From: a virus
DNA length: 64,000 nucleotides
Direction: 5' to 3' (one strand)
Virus record (IMG/VR): IMGVR_UViG_3300031548_000001
Coordinates: 1 to 64,000 of that record
Positions 38,948-47,965 of this stretch are shown piece after piece (position 1 is the stretch's first letter; every line of letters starts with the position of its first letter). Below the pieces are notes generated by a model. That model ran no database searches. It was not told the origin of the DNA and saw only the letters and a program-made list of their open reading frames with translations. Both the position numbers and the translations under genes were made by a program.

Positions 38948-39234
38948 GGTTCTAACCTCGGCTCGTTAAAAAGTCTTCCGAGGCGATCGATTTCGTAGCA
39001 GGCGTCATCCGACAGCGTATCCACGAACGCGGCATCTTTGCCGGTCACGAATTGAATGAAGTCCGGCAGCGACGACACGACGTCGAGATACTTGCTGAGC
39101 TCACGAATAGGAACCAAACGGACTTTGACCTCAATGTCTTCGCCCTTGTGGTTCTTCACCGTTATGGTTTGGCCGAGGTTCATAAGAACGTCGGCAGGGA
39201 TTGTGGCCTTATCGGCCTGTGCTTCGGGTTTCAT
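38848..39234 (-). CDS. Tail assembly chaperone (G-like)
   Basis: Lies between tail tube and tape measure; contains the slippery heptamer. Confidence 0.8.
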   Translation of the reverse strand: MKPEAQADKATIPADVLMNLGQTITVKNHKGEDIEVKVRLVPIRELSKYLDVVSSLPDFIQFVTGKDAAFVDTLSDDACYEIDRLGRLFNEPRLEPFLARQRELLNRVAEITTNVRKAIASAISSQTQ

Positions 39235-39266
39235 TTCGGGTTCGGAATCGGGTTTGTTTCGGGTTC

Positions 39267-39296
39267 AAAAAAGCCCCGCCCATTTACAGGCGGGGC
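39267..39296 (-). terminator. Terminator after the tail tube gene
   Basis: GCCCCGCC/GGCGGGGC stem plus T6. Confidence 0.85.
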
Positions 39297-39317
39297 GAAA
39301 GAGTCGCAGTCCAAGAC

Positions 39318-40016
39318 TTAAGCCGTCGAGGCGTCGTGCTCGACGGTCACTTCCTCGTGAGCCTCGAACACAATGGTTGCCTTGGCGACTTCACTGTTCT
39401 TGAAGCCGATGCCACCATCGAGCTTGGCCGTGCAGGTGAAGAGGTTCGTGAGGATGGCGACCGTGTTGGCGGCATCATCCGGATCGGTGATGTAGAGCTG
39501 CACGCGGCCCTTCTTGAGACCGGACAAACGGCCCGGGAAGATGTTATCGAGCCACTTCACTTCCTCGATTTCGAACTTGAAGGACTCGTCCTGGCCGACG
39601 AGCACCTCGCGGTCGGTGCGCATGACGCCATTCGCGTCGGGCACCTTGCGCTTCACCGTCTCCATCGCCTGTTCGTAGTTCACGGTCTTTCCGACGAAAT
39701 CAGCAACAGGTGTGATGGTGGCAGTGCCATCAGCAGTGAAGAGGAGTGCGGTGCCACCGCTGGTCGCGGCGACTTGGAACGTGCCGGAAGCTGCACCGAC
39801 GACGAACTTGAAGCCACTGGTGAGGCCGGTAAGGCCAGTGAGCACGGTAACCAAAAGCACTTGGCCATTGATAAAACCGTGGTCATTCTTGGTGAACAAA
39901 TCGGTGGCGGCGGTGCCGGGGACTGCAACGAGCGCGGCGGCGTCGCCGATGAATCGTGCGTAGGACTTCTGGGCGACTACGGTCATAGTCGGATCAAAGG
40001 TGACGTCAGGTAGCAT
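39318..40016 (-). CDS. Major tail tube protein
   Basis: Upstream of the chaperones and tape measure, with its own promoter and terminator; beta-rich. Confidence 0.7.
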   Translation of the reverse strand: MLPDVTFDPTMTVVAQKSYARFIGDAAALVAVPGTAATDLFTKNDHGFINGQVLLVTVLTGLTGLTSGFKFVVGAASGTFQVAATSGGTALLFTADGTATITPVADFVGKTVNYEQAMETVKRKVPDANGVMRTDREVLVGQDESFKFEIEEVKWLDNIFPGRLSGLKKGRVQLYITDPDDAANTVAILTNLFTCTAKLDGGIGFKNSEVAKATIVFEAHEEVTVEHDASTA

Positions 40017-40058
40017 GGTCGTATTGGGTTCGGGTTCGGGTCTCTATCGGTTGCGGAC

Positions 40059-40087
40059 CATGCACGCCGCCGTTTCCTGCTCGTCAA
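40059..40087 (-). promoter_or_regulatory. TTGAC-N20-CAYG putative late promoter
   Basis: TTGACG-16-GTGCATG; same spacing at 38495-38523, 46958-46986, 52192-52220 and 59160-59188. Confidence 0.65.
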
Positions 40088-40097
40088 TTTTTTCGAC

Positions 40098-40134
40098 AAA
40101 AAAACTGGCAGGCTCCTTTAGGAACACTGCCAGC
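40098..40134 (-). terminator. Intrinsic terminator
   Basis: CTGGCAG/CTGCCAG stem plus T7. Confidence 0.75.
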
Positions 40135-40148
40135 ACCTGAAAAACCGC

Positions 40149-40562
40149 TCACTGAATATCCGTCCAGATACCCTCACGCGTGCTGTAAGCGATCATCTTG
40201 TTATCCCGAAAAAGGAACTTGTAGGGCGTGAATCCGACGTAGCCACCATAACTGTTTTTCGCGTTCACATTCACCGGAACGAACCAGCCTACCTTGTCGA
40301 TACCACCACCGGCCAAAGGCGGCTTTGAGATGAAGCCACTGTAGGGCTTGTGGAAATCATATTGAGCAGAGTCAGGGTCCTTGAGTGTGTATTTCATGAA
40401 GCCGCGAATCGCTGGCTCATACGTCTCTTTGGCCGGTTCAACGCCGTATCCAATGGCGGCAGCCTGCTGCAACGCCTGGGCTTTGGGCACTTGGCAGCCA
40501 GTCAGCAGGCCAGCAGCAACAACGACAGCGGACAAAAAAAAGGCTCGAAATAGATTTTTCAT
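40149..40562 (-). CDS. Phage lipoprotein (LKDPDSA...NAKNSYGGY family)
   Basis: Lipobox LTGC and family motifs. Confidence 0.8.
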   Translation of the reverse strand: MKNLFRAFFLSAVVVAAGLLTGCQVPKAQALQQAAAIGYGVEPAKETYEPAIRGFMKYTLKDPDSAQYDFHKPYSGFISKPPLAGGGIDKVGWFVPVNVNAKNSYGGYVGFTPYKFLFRDNKMIAYSTREGIWTDIQ

Positions 40563-40634
40563 CTACGTCGAGCCTTGAACTGGTTTCCTGCAATTGGCCA
40601 GCAGGAAGGGATCGGGCGATTCCCAGACGTAGTA

Positions 40635-41240
40635 TCAGTGAACTTGAATTTCGCGCAGACCACCGGGCAAACCGAGTTTCCGGCGCGACTTCAACGCGAG
40701 CATCGCCCATTGCGTTGCCCATTCAAGGTCACGCTCGGTGATGTCCACCCCTTCGAGGTAAGCCGACTCCCAGGCACCATAGCCGACGCTGTCGAAGTAT
40801 AACGAAATCCGACCCAGTGGGCATCCTTGCCCGATGCTTACCGTGTGCGTGTGTTCGTCCTTGTCCTTAGGCGAGTGCCAGAGGTTGATCTCTCCGATCC
40901 AGCCGCCGCCGCCCCACGAACCGTCACGCCGCCATTGCACGTAGGCGCAGGGGTATTTCGTGCCGTTACCGAAGTAGTGACGGATGGTAAGCCCGGCCGG
41001 CACGGTCTTGAGCGCCTTGTCGATCCACGAGGGCTGGAAGCGGAGGCGGCACCACTGGTAGTTCAGATACCAGGCGAGAGCCACGAGGTAGTGGAGAGGC
41101 CAAAGCACCAATACGTTTTCGTTGCGGCTGGCGTCGTAGTAGGCGCGAGCGTGATACCAGCGAGGCTTTAGTTCTATACAGAGGCGGGTGAGGAAGATCG
41201 CTTTGATGCGGTCGAGTCGTGTGGGTGGATTCGTTTTCAT
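40635..41240 (-). CDS. Hypothetical protein
   Basis: ATG 41240 behind a leader. Confidence 0.65.
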   Translation of the reverse strand: MKTNPPTRLDRIKAIFLTRLCIELKPRWYHARAYYDASRNENVLVLWPLHYLVALAWYLNYQWCRLRFQPSWIDKALKTVPAGLTIRHYFGNGTKYPCAYVQWRRDGSWGGGGWIGEINLWHSPKDKDEHTHTVSIGQGCPLGRISLYFDSVGYGAWESAYLEGVDITERDLEWATQWAMLALKSRRKLGLPGGLREIQVH

Positions 41241-41284
41241 ATCGTTTCGGGTTCGGGTTTCGTGATCCAGATTGACCACTAAAT

Positions 41285-41563
41285 TCAATTTGAGCAGCGG
41301 GCCCGGCGAATACGGCTCTTGCGAACCATGCGCTGACACTCGCGCATCATGCCCCAAATCTTCGGAGGGCGTGAGGTTCCCATAAGCATGTAATCACTCC
41401 GCCGACGACGACGGACCTCAAACGGAACGATAACCTGCGCAGGTGCTGTTGGCACCGGATTGGATGGCGCGTGCTGAGCCGCAGGCGCTGGCGCGTATGT
41501 GATCGCCTGCGCGGGAGCCGGCGCAACAGCTGAAGAGAATAGGGAAAGCAGTTCGATAATCAT
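41285..41563 (-). CDS. Hypothetical protein
   Basis: ATGA-coupled. Confidence 0.5.
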   Translation of the reverse strand: MIIELLSLFSSAVAPAPAQAITYAPAPAAQHAPSNPVPTAPAQVIVPFEVRRRRRSDYMLMGTSRPPKIWGMMRECQRMVRKSRIRRARCSN

Positions 41564-41889
41564 TGTGGCATGAGCGGCACGGTTTGGCCGGCGAGTGGGT
41601 GAGTGCAGTCGGCGAGAAATTGGATTTGCCCGTCGCGCACGAATGAGTGGCAGCGCCGCGCCGGGATGTCGTCAGGGCCAGCGCCGCCGTAGGTCACTAC
41701 GAGACTCGGCTCGAATGTAGGGCGAACCATATCGCCGTTCCATCGCCACTGAGCGCCGTTGCTCGCAGGCTTCGACGTCCACACGCCATGCTCGATCCGG
41801 CAGCCAGGGCAGAAGAACACGACGTCGGGCATGTTGACGCGCTCACACGTGGGCGCGGCGATGCGGTGCAGGACGGGGGGCGTGCTCAT
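41560..41889 (-). CDS. DUF6527-like Cys/His protein
   Basis: FFCPGC, WNGD..RPTFEPSL, CHSFVRDG. Confidence 0.75.
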   Translation of the reverse strand: MSTPPVLHRIAAPTCERVNMPDVVFFCPGCRIEHGVWTSKPASNGAQWRWNGDMVRPTFEPSLVVTYGGAGPDDIPARRCHSFVRDGQIQFLADCTHPLAGQTVPLMPQ

Positions 41890-42449
41890 TCGGTGTAGTC
41901 GGCGTTGGTGACGGGTGCGGAACGGCGGTTGGCTCGGCGGCCGTTTGCGATGCCGAAGATGATGTCGATCTCAGCAACGAAGCTCAGGTCGTTGATCTCC
42001 GACATGCGGCACTCCGTCGTGAACTGCTCGCTCAGTAGCTGAATCGGATGCCCTCCCTTAAGCAGCGGCGTTCCGTCTTTGCGGTGCAGCGTAAGCAAGG
42101 TGTCGGACTCGCCGGTGCTTGGGCTGATCTCGATCGCATCCATGACCTTTTCGACCCAGTTGTAGAGGCCGTCCTTTTGGGTGGGGTCCATCGATACCCA
42201 GCCATTCTTGCGGCTTGTCTTCACGAAAAGCGTGATTCGGCCATCCGTGCGACCGACGCTATCCTTGATGCCCAGTTCGGTCATTGTGACCTGCGGCAGG
42301 TCCTTTTCACCGTCGATTCGGTATTCACCGTTGGGCTTAACCTTCAGGCCATCGAGCAAGCCGTTTGGCTTGTCGTTACCCGCATCAACAGGCCGGGCTT
42401 GAAGCTCAAGGCGTGTCCAGACTTCACGAAGTGCAGCTACGTAGATCAT
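41886..42449 (-). CDS. Putative tail terminator / neck protein
   Basis: Inferred from synteny after the gp10-like gene. Confidence 0.55.
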   Translation of the reverse strand: MIYVAALREVWTRLELQARPVDAGNDKPNGLLDGLKVKPNGEYRIDGEKDLPQVTMTELGIKDSVGRTDGRITLFVKTSRKNGWVSMDPTQKDGLYNWVEKVMDAIEISPSTGESDTLLTLHRKDGTPLLKGGHPIQLLSEQFTTECRMSEINDLSFVAEIDIIFGIANGRRANRRSAPVTNADYTE

Positions 42450-42949
42450 TTGATGAGTTTCTCCAAAAAGGATTTCACTTGGTTTTTAAGAATCTCCATG
42501 GCTCGAGGCCTGAACTTTTCGACGATGTGCATGGCCTTGATACCGCGGACACGGCGGGCGAGGTAGTAGTCCCGGCCGAACTTGAGCGCCGCATTCCAGC
42601 CACCGATCGCAGCGCGAGAGTTGAGCGGCACGAAGAGGTATTTTTTCGACTTCGGATAGATGTAGCCGCCGTGGCTCGTAGCCGTGCCCGCATTGCCGGT
42701 GCCGTGCTCAAGCCAATTCATCGCCTTCGAGTTGTTGAACACCAGGCGCTGGGCGATTCCGGTTTTCTCAACTTTCCACTCACGCCGAGTGATGCCTGTA
42801 TATCGTTTTGGCGTCAGTTCGACGAGCTCGCGGTAAACCTTCCAGCCGGCGATTTCCACCGGTTGATCAAACGCCTCGTCACGGAGCGCATTGAGCATGA
42901 CGCCGATCTTCTGTTCGGCGTCACCGGTGCTGAAATCGGTCGAGAACAT
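42446..42949 (-). CDS. HK97 gp10-like neck protein
   Basis: TPKRYTG...W and WLEHGTG motifs. Confidence 0.7.
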   Translation of the reverse strand: MFSTDFSTGDAEQKIGVMLNALRDEAFDQPVEIAGWKVYRELVELTPKRYTGITRREWKVEKTGIAQRLVFNNSKAMNWLEHGTGNAGTATSHGGYIYPKSKKYLFVPLNSRAAIGGWNAALKFGRDYYLARRVRGIKAMHIVEKFRPRAMEILKNQVKSFLEKLIK

Positions 42950-43581
42950 CAGATCACCTGCATGCGGTAGCGGTTGAGTGATCCGGTCAGGTCAGGCGGC
43001 AGATTACGCACTGTCGCCACTTGGCGAGAGCCATCAGCCGCAACGAACTCGCGCTTCACCAAGCCGCTGCGGATCGCCGCCAACACACGGCAGACGGTGC
43101 CCACTTCCTGAGGCAGATCCGTGCACGGCACCGCCAAGGGCGTCGTGGTCGCTGGCGTGAAACCAAACACACCCGTGAGCTCGATACGTGGGGGCAAGGC
43201 AAACGTGCGATTGGATCCGAAATAGGCCTGCTGTTTCTGCCAGCGACCGATCCGGATGATCTTGGCTGTCGACCGCGGCACGCTGTTTTCAAACGTGTAT
43301 TGATCGGTCGCCAGCTCCACACCGTCCACCGTGATCTTCGTGAGCGTCCGCACCGGCATCGGCAGATAGATTACGTTTTCCGCGCACCAGCCAGAAAGCA
43401 CCGACAAAGGAGACGAAGCGTGATCATGAGCGAGGAAGTCGCGGCGGCAGTAGTCATCAATCCATCGGCTCGCCCAGTTGATCTCGCTCTGTAGATCTGC
43501 GACAGAGTCCGGAGTGTCGTTGCGGGTCTCGGTCTGCACCTCTTTGAGCGTGCAGTAGGGATTGAGGAGCGTGGTGCTCAT
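42949..43581 (-). CDS. Head-tail adaptor
   Basis: YCTLKEV, ASRWIDDYCRRDF, GVFGF, LNRYR. Confidence 0.8.
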   Translation of the reverse strand: MSTTLLNPYCTLKEVQTETRNDTPDSVADLQSEINWASRWIDDYCRRDFLAHDHASSPLSVLSGWCAENVIYLPMPVRTLTKITVDGVELATDQYTFENSVPRSTAKIIRIGRWQKQQAYFGSNRTFALPPRIELTGVFGFTPATTTPLAVPCTDLPQEVGTVCRVLAAIRSGLVKREFVAADGSRQVATVRNLPPDLTGSLNRYRMQVI

Positions 43582-43799
43582 GCGGTGTTGATGGTGATTG
43601 CGGATTTATTCTGCATCGCAGCGCGGCATGAGGGCAGGTGAGCTGCGCGATATTTCTTCATCTCTTCATCGAAATCGCGCACGACCGCGGCACGGCCCGC
43701 GCTGTTTGCGACGTTCAGGCGGCGGATAAGCAGGTCGCGTGTGGGGTTATCGAGAGGTGAGTCTTCGATCTGTTTTGCGAGTTTTTCTGGGCTGGACAT
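43578..43799 (-). CDS. Hypothetical protein
   Basis: MSSPEK...; ATGA-coupled to the adaptor; leader upstream. Confidence 0.6.
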   Translation of the reverse strand: MSSPEKLAKQIEDSPLDNPTRDLLIRRLNVANSAGRAAVVRDFDEEMKKYRAAHLPSCRAAMQNKSAITINTA

Positions 43800-43845
43800 G
43801 GCTTCATTTCGTTTCGGGTTCGGGTGTGCTCGGACGCTGACAAAC

Positions 43846-43875
43846 AAAAAAGGGGCTCCTTGGTGTGGAGCCCCT
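43846..43875 (-). terminator. Intrinsic terminator
   Basis: AGGGGCTCC/GGAGCCCCT stem plus T tract. Confidence 0.8.
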
Positions 43876-43884
43876 GCGTGAAAG

Positions 43885-44097
43885 TTATTCGTTGCCACCA
43901 GGGTTGGTGTCGTCGGCATCGGCTGGCACTTTATCGCCAGGCTTGGACGCCTTATCCTTGACCGGCTTGAACTGCTCGGGGGCGTGCTTTAACAAGCCTT
44001 CGCCCTGCTTTTCGGTGACCTCGATCACATCGCCATTTTTGACGATGCCGACGCCAGCCAGATTCTGCTCCTCTTTACCAACGTAACGGAATTTCAT
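43885..44097 (-). CDS. Small head-associated protein
   Basis: MKFRYVG...GDVIEV; typical small gene after a capsid gene. Confidence 0.7.
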   Translation of the reverse strand: MKFRYVGKEEQNLAGVGIVKNGDVIEVTEKQGEGLLKHAPEQFKPVKDKASKPGDKVPADADDTNPGGNE

Positions 44098-44193
44098 TTC
44101 AGGTTTTGTTTCGGGTTTCTGCGACTGCCAGTGAATCCGGCAGCACTCGTTCTGTATCCAAATTTCAAATATCGATTGAGCAGCCCTATAGTC

Positions 44194-44258
44194 AAGAGAA
44201 ACCCGGCCCCCTTCAGGCCGGGTTTCATACCCTGAAATGAACTGATCTATCCCGACGC
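44194..44258 (-). ncRNA. Candidate small RNA antisense to the start-associated leader
   Basis: Lies between TTGACG-15-CAACACG and an 11-bp hairpin (44198-44226); contains AGTTCATTTCAGGGT. Confidence 0.45.
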
Positions 44259-44302
44259 GATTACGTGTTGAGGCAAAAACGAGTTCGTCAATCTATTCGC
44301 AC

Positions 44303-44336
44303 AAAAAAGGCCCGGACCAATGACGGCCCGGGCCTT
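44303..44336 (-). terminator. Terminator after the major capsid gene
   Basis: AAGGCCCGGG/TCCGGGCCTT stem plus T tract. Confidence 0.85.
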
Positions 44337-44359
44337 CGAATCACTCAACTACCGGCTCT

Positions 44360-45940
44360 TTAGCTCGCGTAGTTGTAGCCGAGAACGGCCGCCTTGGTGT
44401 TGGCGAGCGACTCGATGGGCTTGAAGGCGCGGCGGAATGAACCAACCACGAACTTCTGCTGGAGGCTGATGTCCTTGTCCTGCTCGATCATGAAGCCGCG
44501 GCGGACGCCCATGATCCAAGCGGGCTTATAGACGATGAAGATCGAACCCTTGGTGGTGGTCACGCCGTCGTAAACACCGGAGGCGTTGAGGTCTTCACGG
44601 ACGGCAGCCGAGGCGAGGATGTCCATGCCGAAGAGGTTCGGCGCGAGACCGGTGAAGATGCGGGCCGTAGCCTTGTCGCCAGCCTTCTCGGCGGTGAGGG
44701 TTTCGGGCAGCATCACGAGGTCGTTGTAGGCATTGACGCCGGCAACGATCATCAGGTTCTTCGGGTTGAGGCCCCAACGCTTGAGCGCCTTGCGGAGCAC
44801 GCCGATGTTGCTCGCGGACAAGCCGCCAGTGGCCAGCGAGATCTTCAGGTCAGCCTGAGCGAGAGCCAGCTTGCGGATACCGTCGAACAGCTTCGCTTGG
44901 TGGCGAGCCACGGCATGGATGTCCGAGTCTTGGTGCGTCGCGGCGGTGTCACCGTTGATAACAGCGTTTTCGAGCGCTTCGGCGGCAGCCTCACCCAGCT
45001 GGGAGAGGATGTTCGGGAGAATCGCGATGAGCGAATCTTCGTCGGCCTCGTAGCTGTATTTGACCTTGCCGATGAGCTTCTTCGCCTGGAGGACCAGGTC
45101 ATCGGTGCCGGGATCGCTCTCGTCAGGGGTGCCACCCTCGGAACCGGTGTAGAACGTCGGACGGGAGGTGGACAGCGGGTAGGTGTAGTTGTCCGAAGGC
45201 ATCTGGACCTCGTTCGCCGTAAGGGCGGCGGCGAGTTGGGACTCCAGATACATGCGGGCGAGGAGCGTGCTGGACAGGGTGGTGTTCATCCACTCGGCAC
45301 CAGTGCTGGCTCCGGTCGTGGTGATCGCCTTCTGGGCGTTCACGCCACCAACGCGCAGACGGCCGACGATGCTCTTGACGCGTGCTTCGCCACGGCGCTC
45401 GGCATCCTTCAGGACGGAATCCTGAATGCCTTCGTTGATGAAGTCGGCGCCCTTCGTCATGACGTTGAGCAGCTGCTTGGCGTCCACCGACAAGTTACCG
45501 GCGCGGTGAGCGATCGGGAACTCGATGGAGGTGTCATCGTTGTCCTGATGCTGTATCTTGGAGTCCTTGCGGAAACCCTTCAGGGCCTCTGTGACGATGC
45601 CCTTGACGTCATCGGACGTGATGGTGGCAGGCATGGCAGCTTTGACCTTCTGTGCGAGGGCATCGGCATCGAGGTTCTCGGGCTTGATGCCCTTGACGGC
45701 GTCGGCGACGATGGTCTTCACCTGTGCTTCGGTGAGGGTGTTGCCGGCGGGGAGAGCGGCCTTAACGGCGTCCTCGACGGTCTTCTTGACGTCCTCGGCG
45801 CTCATGCCGTCGTCATCTTTGACGGCGTTGGCTTTGGCTTGGAGAGCGTTGAGCTCCTTGATTTCGTCGGCGGTGCGATCGGCGACGGCTTTGCTCATGA
45901 GTTCCATGAGGCGTTTAAGTTCTGCGGCGGTGAGTTTCAT
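44360..45940 (-). CDS. Major capsid protein (HK97 fold, N-terminal scaffold domain)
   Basis: Coiled-coil N-terminus, EGGTP, AKKL, ENAVINGD, PNLFGMDI; follows the protease. Confidence 0.92.
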   Translation of the reverse strand: MKLTAAELKRLMELMSKAVADRTADEIKELNALQAKANAVKDDDGMSAEDVKKTVEDAVKAALPAGNTLTEAQVKTIVADAVKGIKPENLDADALAQKVKAAMPATITSDDVKGIVTEALKGFRKDSKIQHQDNDDTSIEFPIAHRAGNLSVDAKQLLNVMTKGADFINEGIQDSVLKDAERRGEARVKSIVGRLRVGGVNAQKAITTTGASTGAEWMNTTLSSTLLARMYLESQLAAALTANEVQMPSDNYTYPLSTSRPTFYTGSEGGTPDESDPGTDDLVLQAKKLIGKVKYSYEADEDSLIAILPNILSQLGEAAAEALENAVINGDTAATHQDSDIHAVARHQAKLFDGIRKLALAQADLKISLATGGLSASNIGVLRKALKRWGLNPKNLMIVAGVNAYNDLVMLPETLTAEKAGDKATARIFTGLAPNLFGMDILASAAVREDLNASGVYDGVTTTKGSIFIVYKPAWIMGVRRGFMIEQDKDISLQQKFVVGSFRRAFKPIESLANTKAAVLGYNYAS

Positions 45941-46042
45941 TTTTGGTTCTTTCGTTTCGGAATCAGGTGGTGGTTTCGTATCGTTTCGTTTCGGGTTCTC
46001 CTGCTACTCCCCGTGGGGTTTGGTCGCAGAACACAAAGTGGG

Positions 46043-46951
46043 TCACTCGGTCTTGAGGCTCGTCTGGTTGCGCCAGAACTTCGCGAAGGCCTTCCGGCAG
46101 TCGGCCACGCCGAGGCTGCTGGTATAGGCGAGCGAGTCCGGGTTCATCGGCACAGGCGTGAGGCTGATCTCGTATAGCTCGGCTTCCTCGATGCCGTAGC
46201 CGTCGTCCTTGTAATACCAGATGCCGCCAATGCTCAGGCCCTTCAGGTGGCCCTCCATGAGCTTGAAGCGAACATCGCGCAGGCCGGGCGCGTTCGAGAT
46301 GGCGCCACGCACAGCCAAGCCTGACTTGTCGGTGCCGATCTTCTCCCACGAGCCGGCGAGGTGATCGACGGCGTTGCGGTGGTCGATCAGGATGACCGGG
46401 TTCTTCTTGAACGCGGCCAAAGTCTTGTCGAAGGCGCCCGGCAGCACGTAGTCGCCGCCGCGGTCGCGCTCGGTCGTTCCGACGAACGTGGAGGCATAGC
46501 CCTCGATGATGACGTCACGGTAATCGACGATGCGCGTGGCCTTGTCGTCGCCAGGCACAGGCTCGGTGACGGCCACGGCCTTCTTGTCGCCATCGGTCGC
46601 GAGCTTAATCTCTGCGCCGATCTCGAAGTTGCGCACGCGCTTCGCCTGCATGAGCGCCTTGGTGACTTCGAGGTCCGTGGCCTTCACGGTTATCTCGGTG
46701 TCGGTTACGAGCAGCACTCCCTCGCGGGATGGAACCGCCAGCTGAATGACGAGCGAGTCGCCCTCTACGCGAAGAGCCTTGCCGGCGACGCGCTCGCCCT
46801 CGGAGGCGAAGAACACAGCCTTACCGAGCAGCTCCTTGTGAGCATCAGTCTTAACGATTGCCGGAGCCGGGGGCGCGACTCGCTTCTGGCCTACGCGAAG
46901 AACTTTTGCGGGGGCGAGAGGAGTGCGTTTGACCTTGAGGATTGCCGGCAT
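46043..46951 (-). CDS. HK97-family prohead protease
   Basis: IEGYAS, DRGGDYVLPGAF, LIDH, GLSIGG, LYEISLTPVPMNP. Confidence 0.95.
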   Translation of the reverse strand: MPAILKVKRTPLAPAKVLRVGQKRVAPPAPAIVKTDAHKELLGKAVFFASEGERVAGKALRVEGDSLVIQLAVPSREGVLLVTDTEITVKATDLEVTKALMQAKRVRNFEIGAEIKLATDGDKKAVAVTEPVPGDDKATRIVDYRDVIIEGYASTFVGTTERDRGGDYVLPGAFDKTLAAFKKNPVILIDHRNAVDHLAGSWEKIGTDKSGLAVRGAISNAPGLRDVRFKLMEGHLKGLSIGGIWYYKDDGYGIEEAELYEISLTPVPMNPDSLAYTSSLGVADCRKAFAKFWRNQTSLKTE

Positions 46952-46997
46952 GCATCTCGTGTCGAAATGCGGACGGGCTCTGTCAAATTTGACGCAT

Positions 46998-47028
46998 AAA
47001 AAAAGCGCCGAAGTGTAATATCGGCGCT
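46998..47028 (-). terminator. Intrinsic terminator
   Basis: AGCGCCGA/TCGGCGCT stem plus T tract. Confidence 0.85.
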
Positions 47029-47054
47029 GATACCTAAGTAATCGGCTGAAGATT

Positions 47055-47501
47055 TTACTTCAGAATGTAGGTCTTCACGACGCGACCGATTATGTTTTTT
47101 TCGGTCACCCGGGTGCCGTCGTAGTGGGAATTGTGAAGACCGGTCGATATCCAGTCTTCGCCTTCGCGCTCGGCGATTTGGTGGAGGATGTTGATCGAGC
47201 CGGCGCGAAAGACCACGAGGTCGCCTTTGCGCAGCGCGGAATAAGCAGGCCTCTCCACCTGGACGTAAGCGACGATGCCGTCATCGTCTCCGCCCGGGAT
47301 GTAGGGCTGCATCGAGCCGGTGCCCATGACTGCCACGAGATCATGACCCGTGAGGATGAGATGCTGAACTTCGTGCAAATCCACCTGCACGGTCTTCGGC
47401 AAGGCCGTGACTGCGTTGTGCTGGCGCTTGAGTTCACACATGGCGAGGAGTGAGAGGGCGAGGATGCAGGCGACGAGGGCGATGATGGCTGATGGTTTCA
47501 T
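47055..47501 (-). CDS. S24/S26 signal-peptidase-like protein
   Basis: N-terminal TM, GTGSMQP, GDLVVF, ILHQI, IIGRV. Confidence 0.75.
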   Translation of the reverse strand: MKPSAIIALVACILALSLLAMCELKRQHNAVTALPKTVQVDLHEVQHLILTGHDLVAVMGTGSMQPYIPGGDDDGIVAYVQVERPAYSALRKGDLVVFRAGSINILHQIAEREGEDWISTGLHNSHYDGTRVTEKNIIGRVVKTYILK

Positions 47502-47520
47502 GGTGCGTGTAAGAATGGAA

Positions 47521-47961
47521 TTAAGACGGCCAACCTGCGGTAGGGAGATCGACCAAGGCGGGAGGATTGGCTTCGAGTGTGTTGCTGTGGGCGCGGATGG
47601 CTTTGATAACCGTCCATATCGCCTGATACGCGGCGTTCGCAGCTTGGGCCTCGGGAGGCCAGGCTGACACCGTGGTGCCGTTGTCGCGCACCAACTCGAC
47701 GGTGTGCGCAATCATGTTCGCCTGCTTCCAGCTCGGCGCGAGGATCAGGATACGGCGCTGCGCTTCGGCCTTTATTTGGTCGGCGGTAGCGAGGATTGCA
47801 GGCGGGGTTGCGATATCCGCCTCGACGTTCTCCTCGCTCGGCTCGCCGTTCGCTTGAATGCCAATCGTGCGACCATCAGCGGTGACAATGGTGTAGCTGG
47901 CGATTTCGTGCGCAATGACTGTGCCCAAGCTGCAAGCGTAGGGCTCAATGGGTGTGCTCAT
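47521..47961 (-). CDS. Fibre-associated/chaperone-like protein
   Basis: IKAEAQRRI...WKQAN...IRAHSNTLE; directly after the fibre gene. Confidence 0.65.
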   Translation of the reverse strand: MSTPIEPYACSLGTVIAHEIASYTIVTADGRTIGIQANGEPSEENVEADIATPPAILATADQIKAEAQRRILILAPSWKQANMIAHTVELVRDNGTTVSAWPPEAQAANAAYQAIWTVIKAIRAHSNTLEANPPALVDLPTAGWPS

Positions 47962-47965
47962 GGTT

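Noticed and set aside
25-46177. Long antisense/alternative-frame ORFs (e.g. 25-1350, 10846-12060, 15796-17004, 44897-46177)
   Set aside because: They shadow well-supported genes on the opposite strand in GC-rich DNA and show no protein motifs.
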